The notes: generated from the sequence alone by a model not told the origin. Positions 47,576-60,969 are shown, numbered from the stretch's first letter. The stretch: DNA of 64,000 bases from the human T2T-CHM13v2.0 reference genome, Homo sapiens (GCF_009914755.1 NC_060947.1); one strand, 5' to 3'. Numbers and translations are program-made.

Positions 47576-47885
47576 AATCTCAGCACTTTGGGAGGCTGAG
47601 GCGGGCAGATCACGAGGTCAGGAGATTGAGACCATCCTGGCTAACATGGTGAAACCCCGCGTCTACTAAAAATACAAAAATTAGCCGGGTGTGGTGGCAC
47701 GTGCCTGTAGTCCCAGCTACTCAGGAGGCTGAGGCAGGAGAATCGCTGGAACTAGGGAGTCGGAGGTTGCAGTGAGCCAAGAGTGTGCCACTGCACTCCA
47801 GCCTGGGTGACAGAGCGAGACTCCATCTCAAAAAAACAAAAAAAAAAAAACAAAAAAAAACAAAAAAAAAACCCGAAAAAACAAG
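47576..47885 (+). mobile_element. Slightly 5'-truncated Alu (AluSc8/Y-like)
   Basis: GATCACGAGGTCAGGAGATTGAGACCATCCTGGCTAAC; A/C tail. Confidence 0.96.
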
Positions 47886-48618
47886 AAATGTCTTCTGACC
47901 AATTTCTGTTTCTGGTCTGTGCATTTGACTTGAGCACAGATCCATTGTTGCATACTTGAAGCGTCACGTACACGTGTTGAGTTAAGGAAAAAAAGTCACA
48001 TTTTCTTTTGATCACTCTCCCATGTAACTTCGTTGAAAGTTACCTTTCATTCCTTTTTCCATATCATTTCCTGGGCTAGTCTTACATAATGTTCAAACAG
48101 GGATCATGTAACGAATTCCGTATCAGTTTATAAGCTAGACTATTAAGATTGGTAAATGTATATTTTGTGTTTTTTTTCTTACTGCTTTGGAGTATTGAAA
48201 GGAGTTTTAGTATAGGGGTGTTTTTATACTAAACATACTTTAGTTTACATAATAGAGTGTACATTTACTATACATATTTTATTCAATTCACAATGTTTTT
48301 TAAATCTTGCTTTATTCAATAGTGTTCATTATATACACTTTGAACCTGGCTTCAAAAATAGTACATCCTTCTCTATTTTATGCATTTTATATCAACTATA
48401 TGTAATTGTTTCAAATTAAGATTTTAGATAATATCCTGTCACATTACACTTAGGTTGTCTGACCAATAGTTTCTTAAAGATTCCTCTATAGTTACATTTT
48501 CTAGTTTCCTTTGCAATTAAGTTTAGCCATATAACTGGGTTCTGACCCATGGGATGTTGGTGGAGGTGACAAAAGTCCCTTCCTGACTTAGTCAGAATAT
48601 TCTAAGACCCCTCTATAG

Positions 48619-48936
48619 CTATGCTGTGTAATGTGGTAGCCACTAGCCACATGTGGCTTTGGAGCACCTGAATAGTGGCTATCCTGTGTTGCTGAGATTT
48701 GCTGGAAGTGTAAAATTCACAACGGAATTTAGAGAGGTGGTACAATAAATAATGCAATAAATAATACTAATTGATATAGTGATTACCTGTTGAAGAAATA
48801 ATATTTTTGTTTTACATATAGTTAAATAAATATTATTAAAATTACTTCACCTGTTTCTTTTCAGTTTTTAAATGAGGCTATAAGAAATGTAAATACTATA
48901 TAAACTTTTTGCAATACATTTCTATTGGATGTGCTG
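48619..48936. mobile_element. hAT-Charlie MITE (MER33-like)
   Basis: GGTAGCCACTAGCCACATGTGGCT...CACCTGTTTCTTTT...ATTTCTATTGGA. Confidence 0.8.
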
Positions 48937-50280
48937 CCAAACTTCTCAGGATTCCTATATATCTTTCTATTCTACTACATCTACCATTCATTTCTTCATC
49001 ATTAATTATTCTATATTTTTTATTATAAATTTACTGTGCGCTAGGCACTCTAATTATTCCATTGTTTATTATAAATCTACTGTGTGCCAGCTACTCTTCT
49101 AATAATCACCTACTGTTAAAACACAGGATGGGACATGTGACTTCATGATAAAAAGGGGGAAACACCCTGATATAGGAACTGAATTTTACAAGATTTTTTG
49201 TGCTCCAACTTCAGTCCCTGCCAGAACAAGCAAAAGGAGTGACTACAATGTGACTTTCTAAATGGTTGTATTGAGGACCACAGATGCTGGGTCCTGCCTA
49301 TTAGGAAGAATGGGCACACTGAGTTATGAAATGATAAAAGACTCCTGTGTCTCATTCTTTGGCCTTCAGGGACTGTGGTGATTTTGCAATGTCTGTGAAT
49401 TGCCCAGGGCTTCAGTGACTGTGGTGATAGTTCTAAAACAGGGACACACAGCTTTAGGAACAGTTTCAGTCTATAAGTCTGACTATATGTACTTCCTGTT
49501 GATAAACTCATGCTTTTGTCAGTCTTTTGCTAATACTGAAAAACACTTATGAACCATCCTCCATTTCCCATTATTATTCAAGGACTTTAGACATTCAGAG
49601 TTCTCAGACAATTTTTCTTTTGAAGAGAAAATGTGGGTGGTTTCTTTACAACTTTTTTGTTTTGTGTATTATTATTAGACACTGTCTAATGTTACATAGA
49701 AAAGAATTGGTTGAAGACAAGAAAGACAGCGTCTAACAGAATATAAAATAAAGAAAAACAAAACCAAAGCATTCAAATAATTAATATGAATGAGAAAGGT
49801 ATCATTTGGTTTCGTTTCTACTTTGGCTAGACAGTTTCAGTACTTCTGACTTTTCTCATAAGTCTTTTTTTCTAATATTTTAAGCATTGTTTCTCTTCAT
49901 TATCTTACTTAATCTAAAACAGTTCCCTCAAAACCTTTTTAATTCTCTTTTAAAATCTCTACTTTTATATCTTTTAAAAATATAGGCATCAACATTATAC
50001 TTTAATACTAACAAATTTTACTATAGAAAATTGTGAAAGAACCAAAACAACAGTCCTCTTGTTGTAACCACAAGAGCTTACTAATTCATTTTTAAAAGAA
50101 ATTATATTGCCTATTCATTCCTCTTTTGGTTACCTTCTTGCTCAAGAAGTAAGGTACTTTGCAAATGGCATAGTTGATCCCAGCACCTAGATATATACAT
50201 CTCTAATCAAGTGCCTTTTCTATTCAGAAGGTAAAAGTGTAGGTGAATTATCAGCCCAATATAATAAGATCTTATCAGTG

Positions 50281-50883
50281 TGTCACTAGTGGAGGGTGCC
50301 CAGGTTCTTGGTGTCTTGATCAAAGAATTGGACAAAATGCACAAACAAAGCAAGGAAGGAATGAAGGGATTTATTTAAAATGAAAAGTACATGCCATAGT
50401 GTGAGAGCGGGCTGAGCAGCGGCTCAAGTGCCCAGATAAAGAAAATCTTCTGGGGTCCAAATACCCTCTACAGGTTTCCCATTGGCCACTTCATGCTCAC
50501 CCCACGTAAATGAAGTGGTGGCCTGCAATTGGTCTGATTGGTTGTGGAAAGCAACCAATCAGAGGCTGAAGTAGAGTTACATAGGACACTCTCCTGTGCA
50601 AACATCTGATTGGTTGCAAAAAGCAACCAATCAGAGGCTAAGGTGAAGTTACAAAGTTGCACTTCTGTGCAAAGACTGGGCCCGCAATCAGTCTGATTGG
50701 TTGGGAACAGCCAATTTCCCATCTGCTACACAGAAAAGGTGGGAGGTTTGCAAAGGGAGTAGCCTCTGGTCCTTATGTTACTTAGGCGTGGAAAGTTAGG
50801 GTTTTGCCTTCAGTTTTGTCCTAGGGAAGTCAGCGTGAAATGGCCTTAGGTTCCCTTCCTCCAGACCCTATTCTCCTGCCTCA
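50281..50883 (-). mobile_element. Solo ERV1 LTR (MER51-like)
   Basis: CAGGTTCTTGGTGTCTTGATCAAAGAATTGGACAAAA start; repeated AACCAATCAGAGGCT; CCCTATTCTCCTGCCTCA end. Confidence 0.88.
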
Positions 50884-50906
50884 AATGTGTGATATTTTTT
50901 TCTCGA

Positions 50907-50958
50907 AAAAAAAAAAAAAAAAAAAGAAGAAGAAAAAAGAAAAAAGAAAAAGAAAAAA
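50907..50958 (+). repeat. A-rich tract (poly-A with GAA/GAAAA)
   Basis: Directly visible. Confidence 0.9.
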
Positions 50959-51024
50959 TTCCTCAGGGACCTCTGCACCAGGTGTGCTAAAACAGAGCAA
51001 CACATGAAAATGTACTTCCTTTTC

Positions 51025-51378
51025 CTAATTTTTCAAAATTTTAAATTTTTTTATTTTAATACTTTTGGGGGAACAGGTGGTTTTTTGTTACCTGGGTAAG
51101 TTCTTTAGTGGTGATTTCCGAGATTTTGGTGCACCCATCACCTGAGAAGTATACACCGTACCCAATATGTAGGCTTTTATCTCTCACCCATCTCCTACCC
51201 TTCCCCCTGCTCTGAGTCCCTAGAGTCCATTATATCATTCTTATGCCTTTGCATCCTCATAGTTGAGCTCCCACTTATGAGAACATACAGTGTTTGGTTT
51301 TCCATTCCTGAATTACTTTACTTAGAATAATGGCCTCCAGTTCCATCCAAGTTGTTGCAAAATACAGTATTTCATTCC
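51025..51378 (-). mobile_element. L1PB1-like 3' end
   Basis: GGGGAACAGGTGG...AAGTTCTTTAGTGGTGATTTC...TTTTGGTGCACCCATCACC; TSD TGTACTTCC(T/C)TTTC at 51011 and 51379. Confidence 0.88.
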
Positions 51379-52529
51379 TGTACTTCCCTTTCAACCACAG
51401 AAAACAAACAACAAATGTTATCATTTATGAAGAATAAAATCTTGTGTATTTTGGGGAGTGGAAGAAAGGTAGCACTTCTTTTATAAGTTAGTGCTATTAT
51501 TTTATAACTTGAGACATCTGATTAGCTTGCCTATAACAAAGTGGAAATAGAAAATATATAATATACAGTAAACTATTCATATAATGTAACTGTTTAGAAT
51601 CTTAACTATCAGGCAGTGTATTTAATGATCTTTCAAGTTGCTTTGTATTTTCTTTTTGTCCTTTTTTTAATTCAAATTATTGGTTTACTGACTTAGATGA
51701 TAGGTTTATTCTTTAGCAGATATGCTGAAATGTCTAAATAGTCTCTGAATAAAATCACAATATCAGCTATCATAAAACTCTACTTACATAGCTCGTTTAA
51801 TATATTATTAGAAACAGTCTTCATTTTAAATGCTTCTTCCAGAATGTATGCACATATTATATAGTGAGGCATACTTAAATATTAACAGGACATTGCTGAC
51901 CTTCCAAAATTGTATTCGATGTTTCAGAAGTAAGTTATGATACTACAATCAGTAATATAAAGCATTCTGCTATGACTTTATTCTTAAAAGAGAGAAACTA
52001 AATCACATTTACTTGAAAACTGGCATATTGAAATGAAACATTTCCATCCTTTGTGGAGATAGAGAACGCTCCAGATTCTTGAAGAGACCATCAGAGAAAA
52101 TCTAGGCCAACATTTATTGTTACTAAATGCATAAATTTCTCTTTCAGTATCAGGAAAATATATGAGTATGAACATCTATAAATATGTTTTAAAAATTATT
52201 TGAAGCCTTTCCAATAAAATGACAGGAAGAAAACCTTTTAAAAAGGTGTAACTCTACAAGCATAAAGAAAACAGGAGAAGAAAAATGAACAACTCAAGAT
52301 GTTAGCAAATTTTGGGAAGTACTTCCTTGCCTTATGGCTCTAACAAAGGCTGCAGGCTCACCCACTATGTTCCTTGGCCAGGATGAAGTATCATATATTC
52401 TTCTAATGAGCTGTGACTTCTTTCAGTGTGGAATGAGACTTACCAATGAATATCTGCATGCTAGGTATACTCATTACTACCAGACCTTCCCAGCTGATAG
52501 AAATATATTTTTACAAAACACATTTTAAC

Positions 52530-53430
52530 AAATTGTTAGTTTTTATTGAAAATTTAAATTTAATATGATAGTTTTCCCTAAGTTTTAATTTATAATTTTA
52601 TGTTTCCCTATCCCTTCATCGATATTTATTTTTAGTGTTTTTCTGGTTATTTTTACTTGTATATTTTTTTATAAAAAGTTTATAATCAATTTATCCAACT
52701 CCAGAAAAAAATACTACTTATTATATTGGAATGCCTTTAATTTACACATTAACTTAAAAACAATAGTTTACTTTATAATGTTAAGCCATGCTTTTCAGGA
52801 ACAAGGAGCATCTTTCTCCTTGATTTCCTTTTGGGTTGTTCAGGAGAGTTTTAAACATAGGTACTGAAATTTCTTGTTAAATGTGTTTCTTGTTTTTGCT
52901 GTTGTTGCTATTGTTGCAAATGGGTGTGCACCATCCATAAAAACTTCTAGCTCATTACCTATAAAATGAATTTTACTGATTTTGCCTGTAAATTTTATAG
53001 TCTGCTAACTTACTAAATTATTTTATTGGTATTTGTTTGTGTTCATATTTGTGTTTGTTAATATTATTGTTTTGTGTGATCTCTTGAGGTAAACAATTCT
53101 ATCTGTAAATTGGGATCCCATTACCACTGCTTGCAATTGTTTTGCCTCGAATTGGTTTATCTTGTCTGGTTGCAATGGCTAATATTTTCAACACAATGTT
53201 AAGTATTAATGGAGGTAGCTGTAGTACTCATATGGTTTTCCTGTCTTTATCCAGAATGCATCAGATGTTTCTTCTTTAAGTAATGTACAAACTTTTGGAC
53301 TTTACACACACACAAACACACACACACACACACACGCATATATATATATAATATGTCAACAAAATTATTCAATTCTGTTTTATATTAAATGTACTTTAAT
53401 CATGAAATAGATTTTAATTTTATCAAATGT
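52530..53430 (-). mobile_element. Very old L1 (L1M/ME-like) ORF2 remnant
   Basis: T-rich strand with decayed L1 motifs (TCTTGTCTGGTTGCAATGGCTAA, AACACAATGTTAAG, TTTTATCAAATG). Confidence 0.55.
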
Positions 53431-53689
53431 TAGTATCTCACACTTAAATATAAACCAAAAGCTAAGATCACTTGTAATTTGAGGAATGACTTCAATAATG
53501 AGAAACAGTTCCTCAAAATAAAGCAAATAAGAACAAATGGGAAGAAGACAGAAAACATGAGCAATGCAAGCAGAAGAGAATTATGGGAAAATTATAATTG
53601 AGGTCCACAGAAAGTTAGGAGAGAAATAATTGTATTTTATAAAACAAGGTCATGACAATATAAAAAAATGAACAAAAACACCTATAATT

Positions 53690-54610
53690 GACATCCTATT
53701 TAGTGGTGAGAAAATGAAAACTTTCTCAGGAAGATCAGGAACAAGACAAAAATGTCTCTCTTACCACTCTTTTTCAACATCATATTGGAAGTCCTAGCTA
53801 ATGCAATAAGACAAAGAAAATAGACATATCTATTGGAATGTAGAAATGAAGCTGTATTTCTTCATAGATGACATGACCATCTATGTAGAAAATCTGAAAG
53901 AATCGAAAAATAACCCTGGAAATAATAAGCAATTGTAGCAAAGTTGCAGGACACAAGATTAATATATAAAATTCAATTGTTTCTTACACACCAGCAGTGA
54001 ACAAGTGGAATTTGAAATGTAAAACACAAAGCCATTTCCACTAACATTTTCAAAAATAAAATACTGAGGAATAAATCTAAAAAATATACAAGATCTTTAC
54101 AAGAAAACTACAAAACTCTGATGAAAGTTATCAGAGGAACTAAATGAATGGTGAAATATTCAGTGTTCATGGATAGAAAGACTCAATATTGTAAAGAAGT
54201 CAGTTCTCCTCAAGTTGATCTACAGATTTAACGCAATCCCAATCAAAATCACAGCAAGTTACCTTGCCTTATATAGACAAACCGTTTCTAAAGTTTATAT
54301 GAAAGGCAAAAGACCCAGAATAACCCACACAATATTGAAGGAGAAGAACAAAGTTGGAAAACTGACACTATCTGACTACAAGACTTACTATGAAATGACA
54401 GTAATCAAGACAGTGTATTGGCAAAATAATAGACAAATACATCAATAGAACAGAATAGTGTGGAAATAGACCCACATGAATACAGTTTACTGATCTTTGA
54501 CAAACGAGCAATGGCAATAGAATGGAGCAAAGATAGCCTTTTCAACAAATAATGCTGAAACAACTGGACATCTACATGCGAAAAAATGAATGTAGACATA
54601 GACCTTGCAC
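53690..54610 (+). mobile_element. L1M ORF2 (RT/C-terminal) fragment
   Basis: TTCAACATCATATTGGAAGTCCTAGC, GATGACATGACC; translation [11 protein letters not shown]...YKTYY matches L1 ORF2p. Confidence 0.88.
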
Positions 54611-54859
54611 TCTATCAGATCAGAAGAGAGACAAAGATCAAGCTACTGCTACTGGATTTACAAGTTAACGTTCACTGGTTGTACACACTCATACAATGCT
54701 AGAGGCACTTGTATCATCTCTCATTGTTCCTTATTTTTTAATAGAGATAAATGTATTTATTCTTGTTCTTGAGGATAAATTTTAGGAGTTGAAAATAAAT
54801 ACTCCTTCCATAAAAACATACTAAAACTAAAATTATTTTCAATGATTTTCCATGGGAAA

Positions 54860-55600
54860 TTTACCTATACTTTGCCACCAAACTCTCTCTTGCAATAGTC
54901 TTTCTTATCCCAGTAAATAACCATCCCATCCTTCCTTTTGCTCAAGCTAAAACTGTTTTTCTCCACTCTCTCAATCTCCATTTTTAGTCCACCAGCAAAT
55001 CCTGTTACATCTACTTTCAAAATGTATCCAAAATTCGATCATTTCTCCCCAGATCCATGGACATCAACCTAATCCTAGCCACACGCACACACCCAGCCTT
55101 CATTACTACATTATCCTCTAACTCATCTCTCTACTTCTACCTTTACATCCTACATTCTAACTTACATTATTTCTGGCTACTGTTCAGAACTCTCAAAATC
55201 TCCTAATCTCCCACAATGTACAAGCCAAGACCTTTACAATGATCAATAAGGCCCTATCTGATTTGTCCTTCTAATACCACTCCACTTGCAGATCCTACCG
55301 CTCTTCCTCAGTCACTCTGCACCAGCCATCTTGACTCCCTTGTTATCCCACAAACACGCACTCCCTCCTCAGAGTGTACATATTCTTCCCTCTGCCTAGA
55401 ACTCTCTTCTCCAAGACACCTGCAAGATGCCCTCCTTTCCTTCCTTCAGGTTTTTTGTATGCCTCTTAAGTGAGGCTTTTCCAGGACCCACTACATAAAA
55501 TGGCAACCTACCCTTTGAAATATCCCTATTCTACCCTTATCCTGCTTTATTTTTTCTCTTAGCACTTGTCACTCTCTGAAATTCTATATTCTACTTGCAG
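54860..55600 (+). mobile_element. L2 fragment
   Basis: TTGCTCAAGCTAAAA, CAGCAAATCCTGTT...CTTTCAAAATGTATCC, CCCTCTGCCTAGAACTCTCTTC. Confidence 0.75.
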
Positions 55601-56824
55601 AGAGAAAAAACAAACAAGTTGACAAACAAATATAGAGAACGTCAGATAGTTTGCTAAATGTTTCCCTCTTTGCTTTAGCTCGCTAGCTAACAGGGCCTTA
55701 TGATTAAAGGGACTTGATCTCTTAACTGTTATATTCAAAACACTAGAGCACCTGATATGAAATAGATAGAGAATGTAGACTTCATGTGTATTTCTGTCAA
55801 AGCATGTTTCCTTAAATATAAATTATTTGTAAAGGATAAGAACTTCAAGTACAGATATGATACTCAAAATATTTATTCTCTGACTGACATAATAACTGCA
55901 GGTAATTTTAATAGGACTAGTTCCTATGAAAAGTACTCTCCGTAGACCTTGTAGATCGAAGACATTTTTTTTTCTTCAGGCCAGGTAAACTAAATCAAAG
56001 AAAGAAACATTTAGCAAATTCATCTGCAACTCTCATTTGTTCTCATTAAAAGACAGCTAATGCTAAACCAAAGAGTAACTTCACACATTTCTAATGAAAA
56101 GGTCTCTTAGTTTGCACTCATCACCTGGCCACAATTCTGGACAAGACCGAAAGTGATCACTTGTTTATTGATCACTTTTTGTCCATTTTTACTATTACTT
56201 ATCTCTGCATATAGAACTGGCATAGTGAAATTAGCTAAATTAGGATACAAATAAGCAAAGCCCTTTTAAAAACCATACTCTGCCTTTTATGTTCCAAGAT
56301 ACATACAAGTCTGCCCTCCATGTGCATTACAAGAAAGGTTTCTACAGTTAAACTTATATCAGTACATTACTGTCAGAGTAGATCTTAATTCTTTGTGTTC
56401 TGGCTACCATGATCATAATTTGAAATATAATTCTAGGAATCCATAGGAATCTTGGTAAGGTTAAAAATGCAACACCCTTAAGTGAAGCACAGAGGAAGAC
56501 CTTCAGAGTGTCACTAAAATGAAATCCTTCTGCTGAAGCAAAGTAAAGCACAAAAGAGAGATTGAAAGACTCTGTAGGTCAATTGGAAATGTTTTATTCT
56601 TAAGAAAAATATATAGTAGCCCATGAAAGGATTGCAGTGAAAGAAATTTGCGGATACAGTCAATAGTAATGCCACAACGAACTGTTTTTTTCTAACCTTT
56701 GAACACAATTATATTAATATCTTTATTCATCACCTATCTGCCCTGAAACACAAAATAACTAGGATTGTTAAAAATATATATATACATCAGATAAGTATTT
56801 TTAAGTCTTATAACCTAAAACAAC

Positions 56825-58799
56825 TATATATACGTATATATACACATATATGTGTATATATACACATAAATGTATACGTATATATATACACATATATGTA
56901 TACGTGTATATATACACATACTCATATATGTATATATACGTGTATATATACACATACTCATATATGTATATATACACACGTATATATACGTATATATACA
57001 TATGTGTATATACACTTATGTATATATACGTGTGTATATATACACACATACACACGTATATATACACATGTGTGTATATATGTATATGTGTCTATATGCA
57101 TACACACATATACATATATGTGTATATACGTATATATGTGTATATGTGTATATATACACATATGTGCATATATGTGTATATGTGTATATATACACATATG
57201 TGCATATATGTGTATGTGTATATATACACATATGTGCATATATGTGTATGTGTATATATACACATGTGCATATATGTGTATATGTGTATATATACACATA
57301 TGTGTATGTGTGTATATGTGTATATATACACATATGTGTATGTGTGTATATGTGTATATACACATATGTGTGTATATGTGTATATGTGTATATACACATA
57401 TGTGTGTATATGTGTATATGTGTATATACACATGTGTGTATATGTGTGTATATGTGTATATACACATGTGTGTATATGTATGTGTATACATATGTGTGTA
57501 TGTGTATACACATGTGTGTATGTATATACACATATGTGTGTATGTGTGTATGTGTATATACACATATGTGTGTATGTGTGTATGTGTATATACACATATG
57601 TGTGTATGTGTGTATGTGTATATACACATATGTGTGTATGTGTATATGTGTATATACACATATGTGTGTATGTGTGTATACGTATATGTGTATATACACA
57701 TATGTGTGTATACGTATATGTGTATATACACATATGTGTGTATACGTATATGTGTATATGTGTGTATATGTGTATATACACACATATGTGTATATGTGTG
57801 TATATGTGTATATACACACATATGTGTATATGTGTGTATATGTGTATATACACACATATGTGTATATGTGTGTATATGTGTATATGTGTGTATACACATA
57901 TGTGTGTATATACACATGTGTGTATGTGTGTATACACATATGTGTGTATATACACATGTGTGTATGTGTGTATACACATATGTGTGTGTATACACATGTG
58001 TGTATGTGTGTATACACATATGTGTGTATATACACATGTGTGTACGTGTGTATACACATGTGTGTGTACATGTGTATACACATGTGTGTGTACATGTGTA
58101 TGTACACGTGTGTGCACATGTGTATGTACACGTGTGTGCACATGTGTATGTACACGTGTGTGCACATGTGTATGTACACGTGTGTGCACATGTGTATGTA
58201 CACGTGTGTGCACATGTGTATGTACACGTGTGTGCACATGTGTATGTACACGTGTGTGCACATGTGTATGTACACGTGTGTGCACATGTGTATGTACACG
58301 TGTGTGCACATGTGTATGTACACGTGTGTGCACATGTGTATGTACACGTGTGTGCACATGTGTATGTACACGTGTGTGCACATGTGTATGTACACGTGTG
58401 TGCACATGTGTATGTACACGTGTGTGCACATGTGTATGTACACGTGTGTGCACATGTGTATGTACACGTGTGTGCACATGTGTATGTACACGTGTGTGCA
58501 CATGTGTATGTATACGTGTGTGCACATATGTGCACATGTGTGTATATATGTATATATACGTGTATATATACATGTGTGTATATGTATATATGCATATATT
58601 TGTGTATGTATATATGCATATGTGTGTATATATGTACATATGTGTGTATATATGTACATATGTGTGTGTATGTGTACAAATATGTGTGTATATGTACATA
58701 TATGTGTGTAAATATGTATATATGTACATATATGTGTATAAATATGTATATATGTACATATATGTGTGTATGTATATCCATATATATATATATACACAT
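56825..58799. repeat. ~2 kb compound purine-pyrimidine alternating (TA/TG/CA/CG) tandem-repeat tract
   Basis: Directly visible; sub-arrays of about 32, 36, 40, 24 and 30 bp period. Confidence 0.97.
58101..58508. repeat. Minisatellite: 17 perfect copies of TGTACACGTGTGTGCACATGTGTA (24 bp)
   Basis: Units start at 58101+24k (k=0-16); a variant copy follows at 58509. Confidence 0.97.
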
Positions 58800-58816
58800 T
58801 TTTTAAAAAATAGGTA

Positions 58817-59047
58817 TAGGTTGAGCCTCTCAAATCCAAAAATCCCAAATCCAAAATGCTCCCAAATCAGAAACCTTTTGAGGGCTGACATGACACACAA
58901 AGGAAATGCTCATTGGAGCATTCTGGATTTCAGATTTTTGGACTTGAGATGCTCAGCCAGTAAGTATAATGCAAATATTCCAAACGAAAATCCAAAATTT
59001 GAAACATTTCTATTTTCAAACGTTTTGGACGAAGAATGCTCAATCAG
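58817..59047. mobile_element. TcMar-Tigger MITE (Tigger4a/MER46-like)
   Basis: AGGTTGAGC...GGAAATGCTCATTGGAGCATT...GCTCAATCAG flanked by TA. Confidence 0.85.
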
Positions 59048-59253
59048 TATCAGATTGATTGATTTTGAGTCTTTTAACTCATTCAGTTTTTGAGTATAGT
59101 CCCCACAAAATAAATCCCAATTTAAATCAAGTACTTGCATTGATTCTCAACTGGAAAAAGGTCATTCCCCTTTGAGGGTTCAATAAATTCCTCAGTGGGG
59201 TTTCCTCCAACATTCTCTACTACAGACCTGATTAAATTCCTGAAATTCTAACA

Positions 59254-59440
59254 CTGTGGTTCTCAAAGTGTGGTTCTTTGGCCGTCAGCATCAGCATCAC
59301 CTGAGGACCTGTTAGAAATCCGGATTCCTGGGTCCCACCCTAGACCTATGGAATTAGAAACTCTGACTATGGGCCTCAGCAATCCATGTTTTAACACATT
59401 TTCTAGGTAATTCCAATGCGTTTTGCTGCATCGTTTTGGA
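59254..59440. mobile_element. hAT-Charlie MER5A
   Basis: GTGGTTCTCAAAGTGTGG...CAGCATCAGCATCACCTG...TTAGAAACTCTG. Confidence 0.88.
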
Positions 59441-59699
59441 GTGTGCATGGTATCAAACAACTCTACAAAAATGGTAGCCTGCTTGCTTTTCCATTTTAGG
59501 TCTCTATGTCTATTGCCAAATGTAAAGGGTAGACTTCAGACCAAATTTTGCATGAAGCATTAGTGGTGGTGGGGCAGTCTAATTCTTCTATCATTGCCTG
59601 TTGTTTTAGAGCTTCACAGTCTTCAATCAGAAGTTGCAAATTAACATGACTAAGCCATTATCTTATTGTTGGCTCAACCAGCCCCACAACAATATAATT

Positions 59700-60125
59700 C
59701 TTCAAGAATGGCATTATATGCCCTCTCACAACCTCTCTTCTTCACTCCTAAAGATCTCCCTTGCTACTACTCACCTGACAAGCCATACTTCTTTGATTAT
59801 TACACATTTCTACATGCAATTCCTTCTGCCTTCATCTTTCTTGAAATTGTCTCTGCGTAGACAACACCAGACTAAATGTCACCATATTTTAAAAAGCTAT
59901 TATCCTCTCCAAGCAATTAGTCATTCTGTCTTCTATGTTCCCACAGCATTTCTATTGCATTAAAGATTATGTTTTATTTTAATTATTTGTTGATGCAATT
60001 GTTTCCTTTCTCAGATGATAATCTCTTGGAGAGGGAAAACCATGTTGGGTTATGCCTTCATCACTGTATGACAGTATGATTAGCACACAGCTGGCATTCA
60101 ATAAGTATTTGTTAAATGTTGAAAG
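59700..60125 (+). mobile_element. L2 3' fragment
   Basis: ATGCAATTCCTTCTGCCT...GGCATTCAATAAGTATTTGTTAAATG. Confidence 0.65.
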
Positions 60126-60969
60126 GTTATTTTAGTAAACATATATCTCTGATAGGATGGTACCAGAGTGTCAATTCTTCTTTTCTAAATAAAAATGCTT
60201 CACTAATGTCCATGTATGTTGTTTTGCTAGAAAGCAAAATAAAATCAGATAAATAATGGATAGGCCCATCAGCCATAAAGAATTGGTTTTTTTGCTAGCA
60301 ACTATCATGCTAATTGGTAAATATTTACATATGCAAGCTAAATATGCTTGGCACTGAGACCACTCCAGAGAATATAGGTGTAATCAATAATTCCAATTTT
60401 CTTGTATCAGGACATGATAACCTAGAGACCAAAACATTTACCTTCTAAAAGGAATTGTCAAGATCTCAGTAACACTGGGTTGATAAACAGCAACATATTT
60501 CTAAGAAACTTCTTTACTATTAACAATAAGTGATTTGTCTTTCTTTGAAAACAGTGAGACCTATCACAATCCATTTTTGTCTCACTAACTGAGTAATATC
60601 CTTTGTTACTTAGGTACTTTGCAAAGATTGTTTCAGGAAAACATTCAAGGGAATGGTTCTCAGTAGATTAAACCATTTAGTATAATCATCTTGATTCCAA
60701 ACACAAACACATCATTCGACAAGTCATCTTAACACCAAGTGTAGATGTTAGGGAGTTCACATGCCAGTAAAGTGGTATTTTGAATTTCGTATAAAACTGT
60801 TTTAAGTTAATATTCAAATAATCATGTAAACACAATAATTTGTTTATGAGTAGTAGAAATAAAAAGCAATGTTTGAAAATGACAATATCACTTTAGATAA
60901 CTCTACTGCAAACTAAGTTTACTTCACTCACCAAAACGCAGTATGTAAAAAATATTAACATTTAAAGTA

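Noticed and set aside
50900-50958. Orphan poly-A tract as a processed-pseudogene tail (also 8978-9000 and poly-T ~23416-23435)
   Set aside because: No upstream mRNA-like body and no convincing TSD.
58101-58508. Regular short repeats resembling a CRISPR array
   Set aside because: Units are head-to-tail with no unique spacers, there are no cas genes, and the DNA is primate.
56850-59093. Six overlapping 600-750 aa ORFs rich in C, V, Y, I, H, T, M
   Set aside because: Artefact of RY alternation, which cannot encode stop codons; all six frames are open and there is no domain or splice context.
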